IMG/VR virus record: IMGVR_UViG_3300038303_000074
DNA from: an uncultured virus (IMG/VR IMGVR_UViG_3300038303_000074)
Lineage: Duplodnaviria > Heunggongvirae > Uroviricota > Caudoviricetes
Strand: one strand, 5' to 3'
Length of the DNA: 20,000 nucleotides
Positions 8,466 through 16,588 of the stretch are shown here, piece by piece. The notes under the pieces are model-generated. The model ran no database searches. It saw only the letters and a program-made list of their open reading frames with translations, and had not been told where the DNA came from. Numbering within the stretch: position 1 is the stretch's first letter; the number at the start of each line of letters is the position of its first letter. Both the position numbers and the translations under genes were made by a program.

Positions 8466-8645
8466 CGTGGTGACGGCTCAGCGTCCAGCCGCTAAGCCAT
8501 AGCCATGCCGCCACCACGTTTCGGAGAGGCCGCGGCCTAACTGGGATCAAGGGCGCTTCTGTTTCAAAGCGCCACCAGTACCGCGACGGCTCCTATCCGG
8601 TCGAGCGGGGTACCTCAGCCCCGAAGGGCTCAGCTCGCCCGACCG
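8466..8645 (-). ncRNA. Candidate structured RNA (or ssDNA) element with three stem-loop domains
   Basis: Minus strand: CGGTCGGGCG/CGCTCGACCG enclosing AGCCC-TTCG-GGGCT; GTCGCGGT/GCCGCGGC plus ACTGG/CCAGT plus GGCGCTT/AAGCGCC; CGTGGTGGCGG/CCGTCACCACG enclosing CTTAGCG/CGCTGAG. The imperfect pairs are G-U on the minus strand. Confidence 0.55.
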
Positions 8646-8652
8646 AGGTCTC

Positions 8653-9459
8653 TTATGCCGCGCCGCGACGACGGCGGCGACCACCAGCAGCTTCTGCCGG
8701 AGCAGCTTCTGCCGGAGCAGCTTCTTCTGCCGGGGCAGCTTCAGCAACTTCTTCCGCCGGAGCAGTTTCAACAGGTGCTGCCTCCGCCGGAGCAGCCTCA
8801 GCAACCGCAGCCCTGCCTGCAGGTTTGGCATCGGCAGGGGGTGCTGCGATCGCACCTTTGACTGCACTCAGCAAACCGTTCTGGAGGTCCGCCCAGTCCA
8901 CAATCTTGAAGATCGGCGTGTACTGTTTGCCGTACTGCTTGTGGGTGTAGCTGTCACTTTCCAACACGACGATCGGAACCGGGTGCTGGTGTGACGGGCG
9001 GTTCTTGACTTCCTTGCGGACTTCATTGTACGCATTGATGCCGCCCTTGGAGGAGGCGTAGTATGCAGTCTGCACACCCACGTCTTCGCCGTTCAGGCAG
9101 ACCATCGGGAAACCAACCTGGGTCGTCCACGGAAAGTCGGGGTTACCATACGGAGGGGCAGGCTTGTTAGCCGGACCCATGGTCTCACCGAGTTTCGTAC
9201 CGGCCTGAGGCGAACCATCTTTACCCCAGGCAACCCAACCATGAGCGAGCTCAAAAATATTGATCGCCCAGTTGCTGTTTTCCTGTACTTCAACGTTGTC
9301 CGCACCGTAGACCCAGATGCCGTCCTTACCCATACGCATATAGGTTTCGCCGGACGTGCTGGTCGGGGCGTGCGCATCACCTTCAGCCATTGCGGCGTCA
9401 AGGTCTTCTACGGAGTTCACCGCTGCCGAGGCAGCGAAGTTCGCGATATCAGTACTCAT
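8653..9459 (-). CDS. Putative phage single-stranded DNA-binding protein with Ala/Glu/Pro repeat tail
   Basis: Motifs G.WVYG, HGWVAW, SSKGG and PVPIV.L.SDSY.HKQYGK.YTPIF.IVDW; located between the DUF2800 nuclease and polA; RBS AAGGAG. Confidence 0.7.
   Translation of the reverse strand: MSTDIANFAASAAVNSVEDLDAAMAEGDAHAPTSTSGETYMRMGKDGIWVYGADNVEVQENSNWAINIFELAHGWVAWGKDGSPQAGTKLGETMGPANKPAPPYGNPDFPWTTQVGFPMVCLNGEDVGVQTAYYASSKGGINAYNEVRKEVKNRPSHQHPVPIVVLESDSYTHKQYGKQYTPIFKIVDWADLQNGLLSAVKGAIAAPPADAKPAGRAAVAEAAPAEAAPVETAPAEEVAEAAPAEEAAPAEAAPAEAAGGRRRRRGAA
8686..8800. repeat. Imperfect ~15-bp coding tandem repeat (AGCAGCTTCTGCCGG) encoding (APAEA)n
   Basis: Directly visible at 8686-8715, with degenerate copies to about 8800; encodes the low-complexity tail of the SSB-like protein. 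Confidence 0.8.
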
Positions 9460-9523
9460 TCGTCATCTCCTTCTTCAAAGTTAACCGTAACCTCAAGCTA
9501 ATCTTTCGGTTTTCTGCTTAACT

Positions 9524-10780
9524 TTAACCTTCGTCTTCATTCGTAACTTCAACCTTAGGCAGGCCGAGATCATCGTCTGCCGCTACCACGCTGAGCGCCG
9601 CCCGAGGGTCTGACGTCCGCGCCATGGTCGTGCCTGACGAGTGTCCAGTGGACAGATCGTCTACCACGCCAATCTCTTTGCCGTCCACTCTGACGGTCGC
9701 TTTAATACCCTTGGATTTTAGCAGCTTTTCGGCTGCAGCGGGAGTGATAAAGGTCGTTATTTCGAGCTCTTTCACCTTAACTTTCAGCGCCCGCAGCCGC
9801 CGCTTGGCCTCGACCTCGTCATCCCACTGGCGAGTCTTGCGCTTGTCCACCAGCTTCCAGCCGTCGACGTTGAAGCCTTCCTCCAGCTGCTGGTGCGCGA
9901 AGCTTTGCACCGCCTTGCACCACGGCCCGATCGCGTCGGCCATCTCCAACAGGGTGGGCAGGTCATAGTCGTTGCCTGCCTTGTAGTTGACGACTTCAAG
10001 GTCGCCCGTCGTCACCGGCAGGCCGAGGTCCATCACAGCGATGGCTGCGTTCTTCTGGGTCGGACAGACCGCAGACGCAGGGCACCAGCGGCAATGGTCA
10101 CCGGTCTCGCTGTCGGGGTTTTCTGTGGCGCTGTTGGCCAGCGCGTCTTCGAGGTCCAGCTGCAGGCCGTCAAGGTCGTCGCGGGTGATCTCGTGCGAGG
10201 TCCACGGCGTGTCCATGGCTGGCTGCACGATGGCGATCAGGATGCGGCGCTTGCCGTTACCTTCCTCGAACAGTTCGGCAAAGCCGGGGGTCTTGCGAGC
10301 CGCACCGGCGTAATACATTAGCTGAGTGTTTCCGTCGCCCGCCGATCCGGCAGCGGATACTGGCACGCCGCGCCCGAACTTCCAGTCGAGGATGACAACC
10401 CACTCGTCGTTCCAGCCAATGATGTCTGCCGTACCGAAACAACCTTCAAGGGCTCCGGGCCACGCGACCCGTTCTTCAATATCGATATCCATAGCACCGA
10501 CCATACGGCAGACGTCGTCGAAGCAGTCAAGCGCTGGCTTGAAGAGTTCATTCATCAGCTCCTCGGTGAGAGTGTGGCCTTCGAACTCGTAGCCGATCAT
10601 CTGGTCGAGCGGCGTGTCCTCAAGCAGGTGCTTGGCCATAGCCTCGTGCAGCATGGTGCCTTCAGCTGCGAATTTAGAAGACGGTTTCTTCGGCACCGTG
10701 CTCTTGAGCTTCACGCTGAGCGGACAGGCGATAGCACGTTCGCTCTCGCTGCCGCCGATGACGTCGGAATGTTCTGACAT
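9524..10780 (-). CDS. DUF2800 family Cas4-like PD-(D/E)xK exonuclease
   Basis: HS..GGS...R...CP.S, EGTMLHE, FGTADII, DWKFG, QLMYYA and CRWCPA...CP (1+3 Cys pattern of Fe-S Cas4-like nucleases). Confidence 0.9.
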   Translation of the reverse strand: MSEHSDVIGGSESERAIACPLSVKLKSTVPKKPSSKFAAEGTMLHEAMAKHLLEDTPLDQMIGYEFEGHTLTEELMNELFKPALDCFDDVCRMVGAMDIDIEERVAWPGALEGCFGTADIIGWNDEWVVILDWKFGRGVPVSAAGSAGDGNTQLMYYAGAARKTPGFAELFEEGNGKRRILIAIVQPAMDTPWTSHEITRDDLDGLQLDLEDALANSATENPDSETGDHCRWCPASAVCPTQKNAAIAVMDLGLPVTTGDLEVVNYKAGNDYDLPTLLEMADAIGPWCKAVQSFAHQQLEEGFNVDGWKLVDKRKTRQWDDEVEAKRRLRALKVKVKELEITTFITPAAAEKLLKSKGIKATVRVDGKEIGVVDDLSTGHSSGTTMARTSDPRAALSVVAADDDLGLPKVEVTNEDEG

Positions 10781-10783
10781 TAG

Positions 10784-11566
10784 TTATTTCCCTGCTATTT
10801 TACGGAGGTCTGAAAAGAGTTTGCCAATAAGGCCTTTGGTTTTTGGCGGGCCTTCTTCCCAGAACATTTTGGCGAGGACCGTATCTCCGGCAACCCCTAT
10901 GATCTCGCCTGGCTTGGGGGCGTACATGTTCTGGGTCAGGTTTCCCTGCATGGCTACCCGTGCTCTGGCGGCTTTCGCCTGCATCTGCTCGGGGGTTACA
11001 GTGCTGCCGCTGCCTGTGGTGAAGCCTCCGACGACGCGCGACTGACCGAAGTCAGAAGGCCCCGGCACCCGCTCGACCGAGACCTTGACGACGCAGTCAA
11101 GCATGTTGGTGTACTCACCAGCCTGGGTCGTCATGCGCTCGCCGGGCTGCACCATGAACTTCTCGATCACGGCCGACTTCGTCTCTGACGTGACGGTATC
11201 TTCATCCAGCTCGGGGATCAGCGCGAACGTAGACTTCAGCAGCTTGTGCCAGCCATGGCCAAGGCCGTGCTCCATCGCGTCGAACTGGGCCTCGTAATAG
11301 TCGTCGTCTTCGGCGTTGCGAAGCAGTGCGGTCTTGCCGTTCATTAAAGGGTGGTTGCCGGTGTAGATGCCGCGCAAGGTTTTACCTGCCATGGGCTCGT
11401 CCTCTATCGAGGCGAAGATGTCCGAGCTCACGCCCATCGACCGGGCCAGTGATTTTACGTAGGTCGCTGACACGTTCGAGTACATGTCCCGCCAGGCCGC
11501 CACAGCTATGGCGTGACGCTGGTGCGCCTTCGCCATCACGGTGGAAGTGTTGAAGTCCGTAGCCAT
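10784..11566 (-). CDS. Hypothetical protein (260 aa), first gene of the leftward replication operon
   Basis: Long ORF with RBS GAGGAG; internal segment YTG...GKTALL...AQFD...GWH. Confidence 0.7.
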   Translation of the reverse strand: MATDFNTSTVMAKAHQRHAIAVAAWRDMYSNVSATYVKSLARSMGVSSDIFASIEDEPMAGKTLRGIYTGNHPLMNGKTALLRNAEDDDYYEAQFDAMEHGLGHGWHKLLKSTFALIPELDEDTVTSETKSAVIEKFMVQPGERMTTQAGEYTNMLDCVVKVSVERVPGPSDFGQSRVVGGFTTGSGSTVTPEQMQAKAARARVAMQGNLTQNMYAPKPGEIIGVAGDTVLAKMFWEEGPPKTKGLIGKLFSDLRKIAGK

Positions 11567-11598
11567 TCATAAATTTCTCCTCAGGTCTCAAAATTGTC

Positions 11599-11661
11599 TT
11601 GACGCAAACTTTGCTCATGCGCTAGTGTGCATTAATATACCGACTTGTTCCAAAGCGTCAA
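11599..11661. promoter_or_regulatory. Overlapping divergent sigma70-like promoters with an internal operator-like site
   Basis: Plus strand TTGACG(11599)-18-TAGTGT; minus strand TTGACG(11661)-16-TATATT. Near-palindrome TTTGCTCATGCGCTAG at 11610-11625. Confidence 0.6.
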
Positions 11662-11675
11662 CAGGAAAATGACCA

Positions 11676-11996
11676 ATGCTTGAAAAAACTCTCGAAAAGA
11701 AATGCGGCGCTGCAGCAAAGAAGGCTGGAGCCCTGTTCTATAAGTGGAGCTCACCCTCTGTGCGCGGCGTGCCGGATCGCATCCTGATCAAGGAGGGTGG
11801 CGAGGTCATCTTCATTGAGATGAAGCGGCCGGGGGCCAAGGCCACCAAGCTGCAGCAATCACACATAAAGCAGATCAACCTCCGCGGCGGGTCCGCCTGC
11901 GTCATAGACGACTACGACGCATTCCTCCGCCTGCTGGAAGACCCCTTCAAACAGTTCGACTTCGAGACCCGCGCCCGTGCGCTGGATGGTCAGTGA
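11676..11996 (+). CDS. VRR-NUC domain nuclease
   Basis: E..LEK....A...G...YKW.SP..RGVPDRI......FIEMKRPG...T.LQ. Confidence 0.9.
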   Translation: MLEKTLEKKCGAAAKKAGALFYKWSSPSVRGVPDRILIKEGGEVIFIEMKRPGAKATKLQQSHIKQINLRGGSACVIDDYDAFLRLLEDPFKQFDFETRARALDGQ

Positions 11997-11999
11997 CCG

Positions 12000-12350
12000 A
12001 TGCCCAGCTCTGCCGGAGCCTCGCACATCGCCCCTCGGGCGGAGACGCTACGCAACATGGCGTTCTCGGCGATCGCGCGCAGCCAGTTTCACGGTATGAC
12101 TGCTGACGAGGTGGCGCGTGCGCTGGGCGAGACGGTACTGGCGATCCGCCCCCGCATCACCGAGCTTAAGAAAGCCGGGGCTGTTGTCTGCTCCGGCGGG
12201 AAGCGCCCGAACATCAGCGGCGTGTCTGCTGACGTCATGGTCATCATTAAATACCTGCCTCCAAAAACGCGGCGCGGCCAGTGCTATCGCAGCGCCGGTC
12301 GGCGTGGCGTGCGCAGGCGGACAGGAGCACCCCATGCACAAAAAATCTGA
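12000..12350 (+). CDS. Winged-HTH DNA-binding protein
   Basis: GMTADEVA..LG...LAIRPRITEL.K.G.V..SG.KR.N.SG..A.V; same frame as VRR-NUC, with only TGA-CCG between them. Confidence 0.7.
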   Translation: MPSSAGASHIAPRAETLRNMAFSAIARSQFHGMTADEVARALGETVLAIRPRITELKKAGAVVCSGGKRPNISGVSADVMVIIKYLPPKTRRGQCYRSAGRRGVRRRTGAPHAQKI

Positions 12351-13971
12351 TCTCGACCCTGCCCAGAACATCGTCATCGACCACATGTTCGAGCACGACC
12401 ACACCCTGGCCCTCGTCCCCATGGGCGGCGGCAAGACTGTCTGCAGCGCGACTGCCGCGGTCGAGCTCAACGCCACCGGCTTCACCAGTCGCTGGCTGAT
12501 CCTCGGGACCAAGCGCATCTGCGAGCTGGTCTGGCCGAAGGAGTTCCCGGGTTGGGAGCACCTGCAGGGTCAGACGTGGGCTGTGGCCTGTGGCACGCCG
12601 AAGCAGCGCAGTGCTGCCATCGAGAGCGATGCCACCTTCGTGTTCCTTAACTATGAAAACGTGGCATGGTTCATCAAGACGTACAACGGCGTCTATAACT
12701 TCGATGCCTTGATCATCGACGAGCTGACGAAGCTGAAGTCGTCCAGCGGCAAGGGCTACAAGGCCATCAACCGGCACCTGACCAAGTTCAAGGTCCGCAT
12801 CGGCATGACCGGACTGTTCACACCCAACGGCATCAAGGATGTTTTCGGGCAGGTCATGTGCGTGGACAAGGGTGCGTCACTCGGTCGCACCAAGGAAGCC
12901 TTCAAGAACCGCTTCTTCCAGAGCACCGGCCCGATGCCGTGGCAGGAGGAGCCGGTCGAGGGTGCGCTTGAAAAAATTATCGAGGCCATCGCACCGATCA
13001 CCGTGCAGATGCCGGACAGCGCCTACGTGGACAGCCTGCCGCCCCTGATCCCGAACAACATCGTGGTAGCATTACCAGCAAAAGCAAGAAAGCTGTACGA
13101 AGAGCTGGAGGACGAGTATTGCTCATTAGGCGGAGGTGACGGAGGCCTCCAGGACGCCACAGATTTGCTGCAAAATTTTTCAACTTTTTCTGACTTGGCT
13201 CCGGCGCATCTTGTTGAAGATGCCGTCGAGCCGCTGGTCAGACTTTACGAAGACATGTTGGCTGATGGCGCTTTAAACCTGGAGAACACTGGCGCGGTCT
13301 CCGACATGCTCGACGAATTTCCAGAGATGGGCTTTCACGCCTCGCAAGCACTCAACACCATCCGCGAAGCCTTCGACGCCATCCTCGACGAGAACCTGCA
13401 GATGATCGCCAACGGCGGGGTGCTGGTCGGCAAGCTGCAGGAGATCGCCAACGGCTTCTTATATAATGGCCAGCCGAAGAAGGGTTTCGACCTCGTGCAT
13501 GAGCAGAAGCTGGACGCGCTGGACGAGCTGATCAGCAGTCTGCATGGTTCACCCCTGCTGGTAGCCTACAAGTTCAACGCCGAGTTCGAGCTGCTGCAGG
13601 AGCGCTTTCCGGCACCGCACCTCGGGTCAGGTATCAACGCGAAGCAGGCAGCGGAGACTGAGCGCGCATGGAATAACTCCGAACTCCCCCTGATGTACGT
13701 TCACCCTGCATCGGCCGGTCACGGACTGAACCTGCAGTACGGTACCTGCCAGACAATATGCTGGTACGCCATGACGTGGTCGCTGGAAGAATACGACCAG
13801 CTGACCGCACGCATCCGGCGGCGGGGCCAGACCGCCTCACAAATTCGCGCGCACCACCTGGTGTGCAACGACACTGTCGATGAAGACCTGCTACAGGCCG
13901 TAGCTGACAAAGCGGATGTGGAGAGTGCCGTTCAAGGCGGCATTCGCATGCGTAATTTAAAACGAAAATAA
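12334..13971 (+). CDS. SNF2-like (SF2) phage helicase
   Basis: Start 12334 after AGGAG. Walker A MGGGKT, IIDE, GMTG, HPASAGHGLNLQ and ARIRRRGQ. Confidence 0.92.
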   Translation: MHKKSDLDPAQNIVIDHMFEHDHTLALVPMGGGKTVCSATAAVELNATGFTSRWLILGTKRICELVWPKEFPGWEHLQGQTWAVACGTPKQRSAAIESDATFVFLNYENVAWFIKTYNGVYNFDALIIDELTKLKSSSGKGYKAINRHLTKFKVRIGMTGLFTPNGIKDVFGQVMCVDKGASLGRTKEAFKNRFFQSTGPMPWQEEPVEGALEKIIEAIAPITVQMPDSAYVDSLPPLIPNNIVVALPAKARKLYEELEDEYCSLGGGDGGLQDATDLLQNFSTFSDLAPAHLVEDAVEPLVRLYEDMLADGALNLENTGAVSDMLDEFPEMGFHASQALNTIREAFDAILDENLQMIANGGVLVGKLQEIANGFLYNGQPKKGFDLVHEQKLDALDELISSLHGSPLLVAYKFNAEFELLQERFPAPHLGSGINAKQAAETERAWNNSELPLMYVHPASAGHGLNLQYGTCQTICWYAMTWSLEEYDQLTARIRRRGQTASQIRAHHLVCNDTVDEDLLQAVADKADVESAVQGGIRMRNLKRK

Positions 13972-13973
13972 AA

Positions 13974-14003
13974 CTTGCGCATGAGCAAGATGCGTGTCAA
14001 TGT
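13974..14003 (+). promoter_or_regulatory. Operator-like near-palindrome overlapping a putative promoter for the accessory gene run
   Basis: CTTGCGCATGAGCAAG (13974-13989); candidate promoter TTGCGC-17-CAATGT; shares a 12-bp core with 11611-11622 in inverted orientation. Confidence 0.5.
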
Positions 14004-14031
14004 AAATTCGCAACAAAGAAAGGTTACCGAG

Positions 14032-14652
14032 ATGTCAAAAACGAAGGAGCTCAAGATGCAGCCCGCGCCGCGGTCGATGTTCGAGGTCACCTTCCGGTCG
14101 CAGCTGCTACCGCTCGACGCCGATGAGTACCTGGACGACCTCGCGGTAGCGTCAGGCCGACTGGTCGGAGGGCCGCTTTTAACAGTGGCGTCGAGAGAGC
14201 CGAAGCGGCTGTCAAACTACGAGGCCCACCTTAAATTCGAGCGCGAAGCTAAAGAGCTTCGCAAACGTGAACTCGACGCTGCGACCAGAGCTCGCGCGGC
14301 CAGCGCCGCAACCAGCGTCAAGGTCCGTAACTACGTCGCCTACATGGAGGAGCGGGGCTACCGGCCCAGCCACATCAAGGCGCAGCTTAAACTTATGTTC
14401 GACGGGTATGACCCCTTCGAGGAGTTCGATATTGCAGCGGCGAAACGCCACGTAGAAGCCGTGGAAGCCCGAGCTAGAGAGGCTCAGCGCGTAGCAGAAG
14501 AGGCGCGCAGGCGTCGGCCTTCCGTAGAGCAGACCGACAGGGCTGCGCGCCTGGCTGCCCGACGTGTTGCATCCGACGCGCAAATCAAACTTAACAATGA
14601 CTACGTAGAAGACGCTCTGGCCAAAATGAGAGCAGGAACCTGGCGTGACTGA
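14032..14652 (+). CDS. Hypothetical protein, Arg/Ala/Glu-rich helical
   Basis: ATG 14032 with RBS GAAAGG; long open frame. Confidence 0.65.
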   Translation: MSKTKELKMQPAPRSMFEVTFRSQLLPLDADEYLDDLAVASGRLVGGPLLTVASREPKRLSNYEAHLKFEREAKELRKRELDAATRARAASAATSVKVRNYVAYMEERGYRPSHIKAQLKLMFDGYDPFEEFDIAAAKRHVEAVEARAREAQRVAEEARRRRPSVEQTDRAARLAARRVASDAQIKLNNDYVEDALAKMRAGTWRD

Positions 14653-14679
14653 CATTAAAAAGAGAAATGGAGAAGATTG

Positions 14680-15000
14680 ATGGCACAGATACCAAAAGCA
14701 GAACTTGAAATGTTGCGGCGCAACAACGCCGTGCTCGTCAACCTGGCTACGATGGTAGACAGCGGGGCGCAGGTGCGGATCAAAGAGCTCGACCAGCGCC
14801 TTAAAGATCGCGCCGACGCCCACGCCGAGACCAAGGCCTCGCGCAAGATGTGGACTGAACGTGCCAGCGAGCTAGGCGACAAGGTCGACATGCTCGAAGC
14901 CTGCCTCACCGAAATCCGCGACGTCGCAGCTGTCAGCGAGGGTGTGGAATTTTACGTCATGCTCGCTCAGCAGGGACTTGACGGGGAGTTCAAGCGATGA
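14680..15000 (+). CDS. Hypothetical coiled-coil protein
   Basis: RBS GGAG; stop overlaps the next ATG. Confidence 0.65.
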   Translation: MAQIPKAELEMLRRNNAVLVNLATMVDSGAQVRIKELDQRLKDRADAHAETKASRKMWTERASELGDKVDMLEACLTEIRDVAAVSEGVEFYVMLAQQGLDGEFKR

Positions 15001-15185
15001 CCCCCGGAATGACCGACCTCGTCAAACGGCTGCGCGCTTACGGCCCCACGTCAGAGGCCTGGGAGGCAGCCACGGCCATCGAGCACCTGGACAGAAAACT
15101 GGCCTGGGAGAGAGACAGCCACGCCCACACCAAACGCCTGTACAATGACGTGCTGGCAAGCCGACCAAAAAGGAATGACCTGTGA
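14997..15185 (+). CDS. Hypothetical protein (TDLVKRLR...EAA.AIE.L phage motif)
   Basis: Coupled to both neighbours by ATGA/GTGA overlaps; RBS GGGGAG. Confidence 0.65.
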   Translation: MTPGMTDLVKRLRAYGPTSEAWEAATAIEHLDRKLAWERDSHAHTKRLYNDVLASRPKRNDL

Positions 15186-15511
15186 AAGATATATCCGACG
15201 AGACCGCCACTGTGCTGGAACACTTCCAGCGCCAGTCGCGCAGCGAGGCGGCCATTGCCGTCGATGCCTTTAACACTATCGTGCGCCGGTTCGTCTGGCT
15301 GCAGGAAGAGCTGACCAGGCTGGAAGACCAGCTGGACAGCAGCATCGAGATCGCCCCGCCCATGTGCAAGGAGCGGTTCATGCAGGAGGGCCTCCTGCGG
15401 GCGGTGGTCGCGGGCGGCCACGCCAACGGCGACAACGTCAGAATGCTCGACCGGATGCACGACCTTATCAACGGCGTGCTCAACGGATCGATCGTGCCTG
15501 AAGATGAATAG
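15182..15511 (+). CDS. Hypothetical protein
   Basis: GTG start overlapping the upstream stop; GC3-rich codons. Confidence 0.6.
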   Translation: MKDISDETATVLEHFQRQSRSEAAIAVDAFNTIVRRFVWLQEELTRLEDQLDSSIEIAPPMCKERFMQEGLLRAVVAGGHANGDNVRMLDRMHDLINGVLNGSIVPEDE

Positions 15512-15845
15512 GTCGCTCAAAGTCTTTCTGCGCGGGTACTTGTGGTTCGACGTAAACGGCGAGTACTTCCTGGTCTACCAACATGCCAAGGATCGCCGCA
15601 AGTTGCTGTCCGAGTATGATGGTGACATCGACTTCCAGGGCTTCCACATATTCAAAGGCTGGTTGGGCTTCTACTCGCGCTCGTCGAGCTTCTTTTTCAT
15701 AGACCCGGACGAGCCGACACACTGCACCTGTGACGAGAAGGATCACGGCACGACCGAATGCCCGTACTCCTCTGACATCCACAATCTGGTCGTGGGCTGC
15801 AACTGCTGTCCTTACTGCCAGCAACAATGCGCGGACGAAGTATGA
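15504..15845 (+). CDS. Hypothetical protein with Cys-rich C-terminal (putative Zn-binding) domain
   Basis: CTC...CPY..DI.....CNCCPYCQQQCADEV. Confidence 0.65.
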   Translation: MNRSLKVFLRGYLWFDVNGEYFLVYQHAKDRRKLLSEYDGDIDFQGFHIFKGWLGFYSRSSSFFFIDPDEPTHCTCDEKDHGTTECPYSSDIHNLVVGCNCCPYCQQQCADEV

Positions 15846-15943
15846 CCCCCGGCAACCCCAAGCCGGGTAGACTGACCGTCAGTGGCCTCGTGATCCGATT
15901 GGACCCGGCACCTGCGACACTGGCGGTTCTTTTTTATGGAGAT

Positions 15944-16366
15944 TGAATGATGATTGACCAGAAAGCATTGGAAGCTGCTTATGAAGTCCTGCTTGATAAC
16001 TCTGACTTCAATATGTTCCCCGGTTTTGAGAAAGCCATCGAAGCATACGAGGCCGCAAAGCCACAGCCAGACATCAAAGAGTTATGGGCGTGTATCAGTG
16101 TTCTGTACGATGCCGCGTGTAGCTATAACCGCATTATGGATGCTGTTGGGACTACAGTTCCCATGTTGACGATGGACAGCAAAACATCCCCGCAAACTAT
16201 TGCGATAGCCAGAGACAAGCTGTCTGCATTTATAACTGGCACCGATGGGGAATGAATTATGATTAACCAGAAAGCATTGGAAGCTGCTGTTGAGGCCATG
16301 CGTGACTGCCACGCGCCCGACGCTTGTGCTGCTGTGGCAGTAGCCATCACAGCCTACGAGGCCGCA
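15944..16366 (+). repeat. Direct repeat pair at 309-bp offset (duplicated gene 5' ends)
   Basis: 15944-15979 vs 16253-16288 match at 34/36; 16034-16057 vs 16343-16366 match at 21/24. Confidence 0.9.
15947..16255 (+). CDS. Hypothetical protein; N-terminus paralogous to next ORF
   Basis: RBS GGAG; MIDQKALEAA...AIEAYEAA. Confidence 0.65.
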   Translation: MMIDQKALEAAYEVLLDNSDFNMFPGFEKAIEAYEAAKPQPDIKELWACISVLYDAACSYNRIMDAVGTTVPMLTMDSKTSPQTIAIARDKLSAFITGTDGE

Positions 16367-16588
16367 CTGTGGCAACCAATTGAGACGTTGGAATACAGCG
16401 ACGATCCGGTTATTGGTGAAAGTGAAAAAGTGCTCTTGGTCGATGATGCCGGAAGGGTTTGGGTTGGTAGTCTCATGTATGCGATCGGTAAAGGTCTCCT
16501 GTCATGGGGTTGGAACAACAAGCCTACCCACTGGATGCCGCTACCAGAGCCGCCGTCCCTTAAATCCACGGAAGGCGGCACGACATGA
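16259..16588 (+). CDS. DUF551-like domain protein
   Basis: WQPIET...VLL...PTHWMPLPEPP. Confidence 0.75.
   Translation: MINQKALEAAVEAMRDCHAPDACAAVAVAITAYEAALWQPIETLEYSDDPVIGESEKVLLVDDAGRVWVGSLMYAIGKGLLSWGWNNKPTHWMPLPEPPSLKSTEGGTT

Noticed and set aside
8437..8652. tRNA, hammerhead ribozyme or group II intron domain V
   Set aside because: No T-loop/cloverleaf, no CUGANGA core despite a GAAAC, and GAGCCGTCGCGG does not form a domain V hairpin.
9456..9545. Tiny minus-strand frames (MKTKVKVKQKTERLA; LEVTVNFEEGDDE) between the DUF2800 and SSB-like genes
   Set aside because: Too short, with no convincing start or RBS; cannot be distinguished from chance.
9524..10780. Cas4-like gene as evidence of a CRISPR-Cas locus
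   Set aside because: No repeat-spacer array or other cas genes are visible. DUF2800 nucleases are standard in this phage replication module.
13117..13400. Intein in the helicase
   Set aside because: A Cys precedes the insert, but there is no C-terminal HN-C/S/T, no TxxH block and no LAGLIDADG motif.
15842..15946. 34-aa ORF (MTPGNPKPG...) filling the gap before the low-GC stretch
   Set aside because: The ATGA coupling is suggestive, but there is no recognisable motif or RBS, so it is left uncalled.
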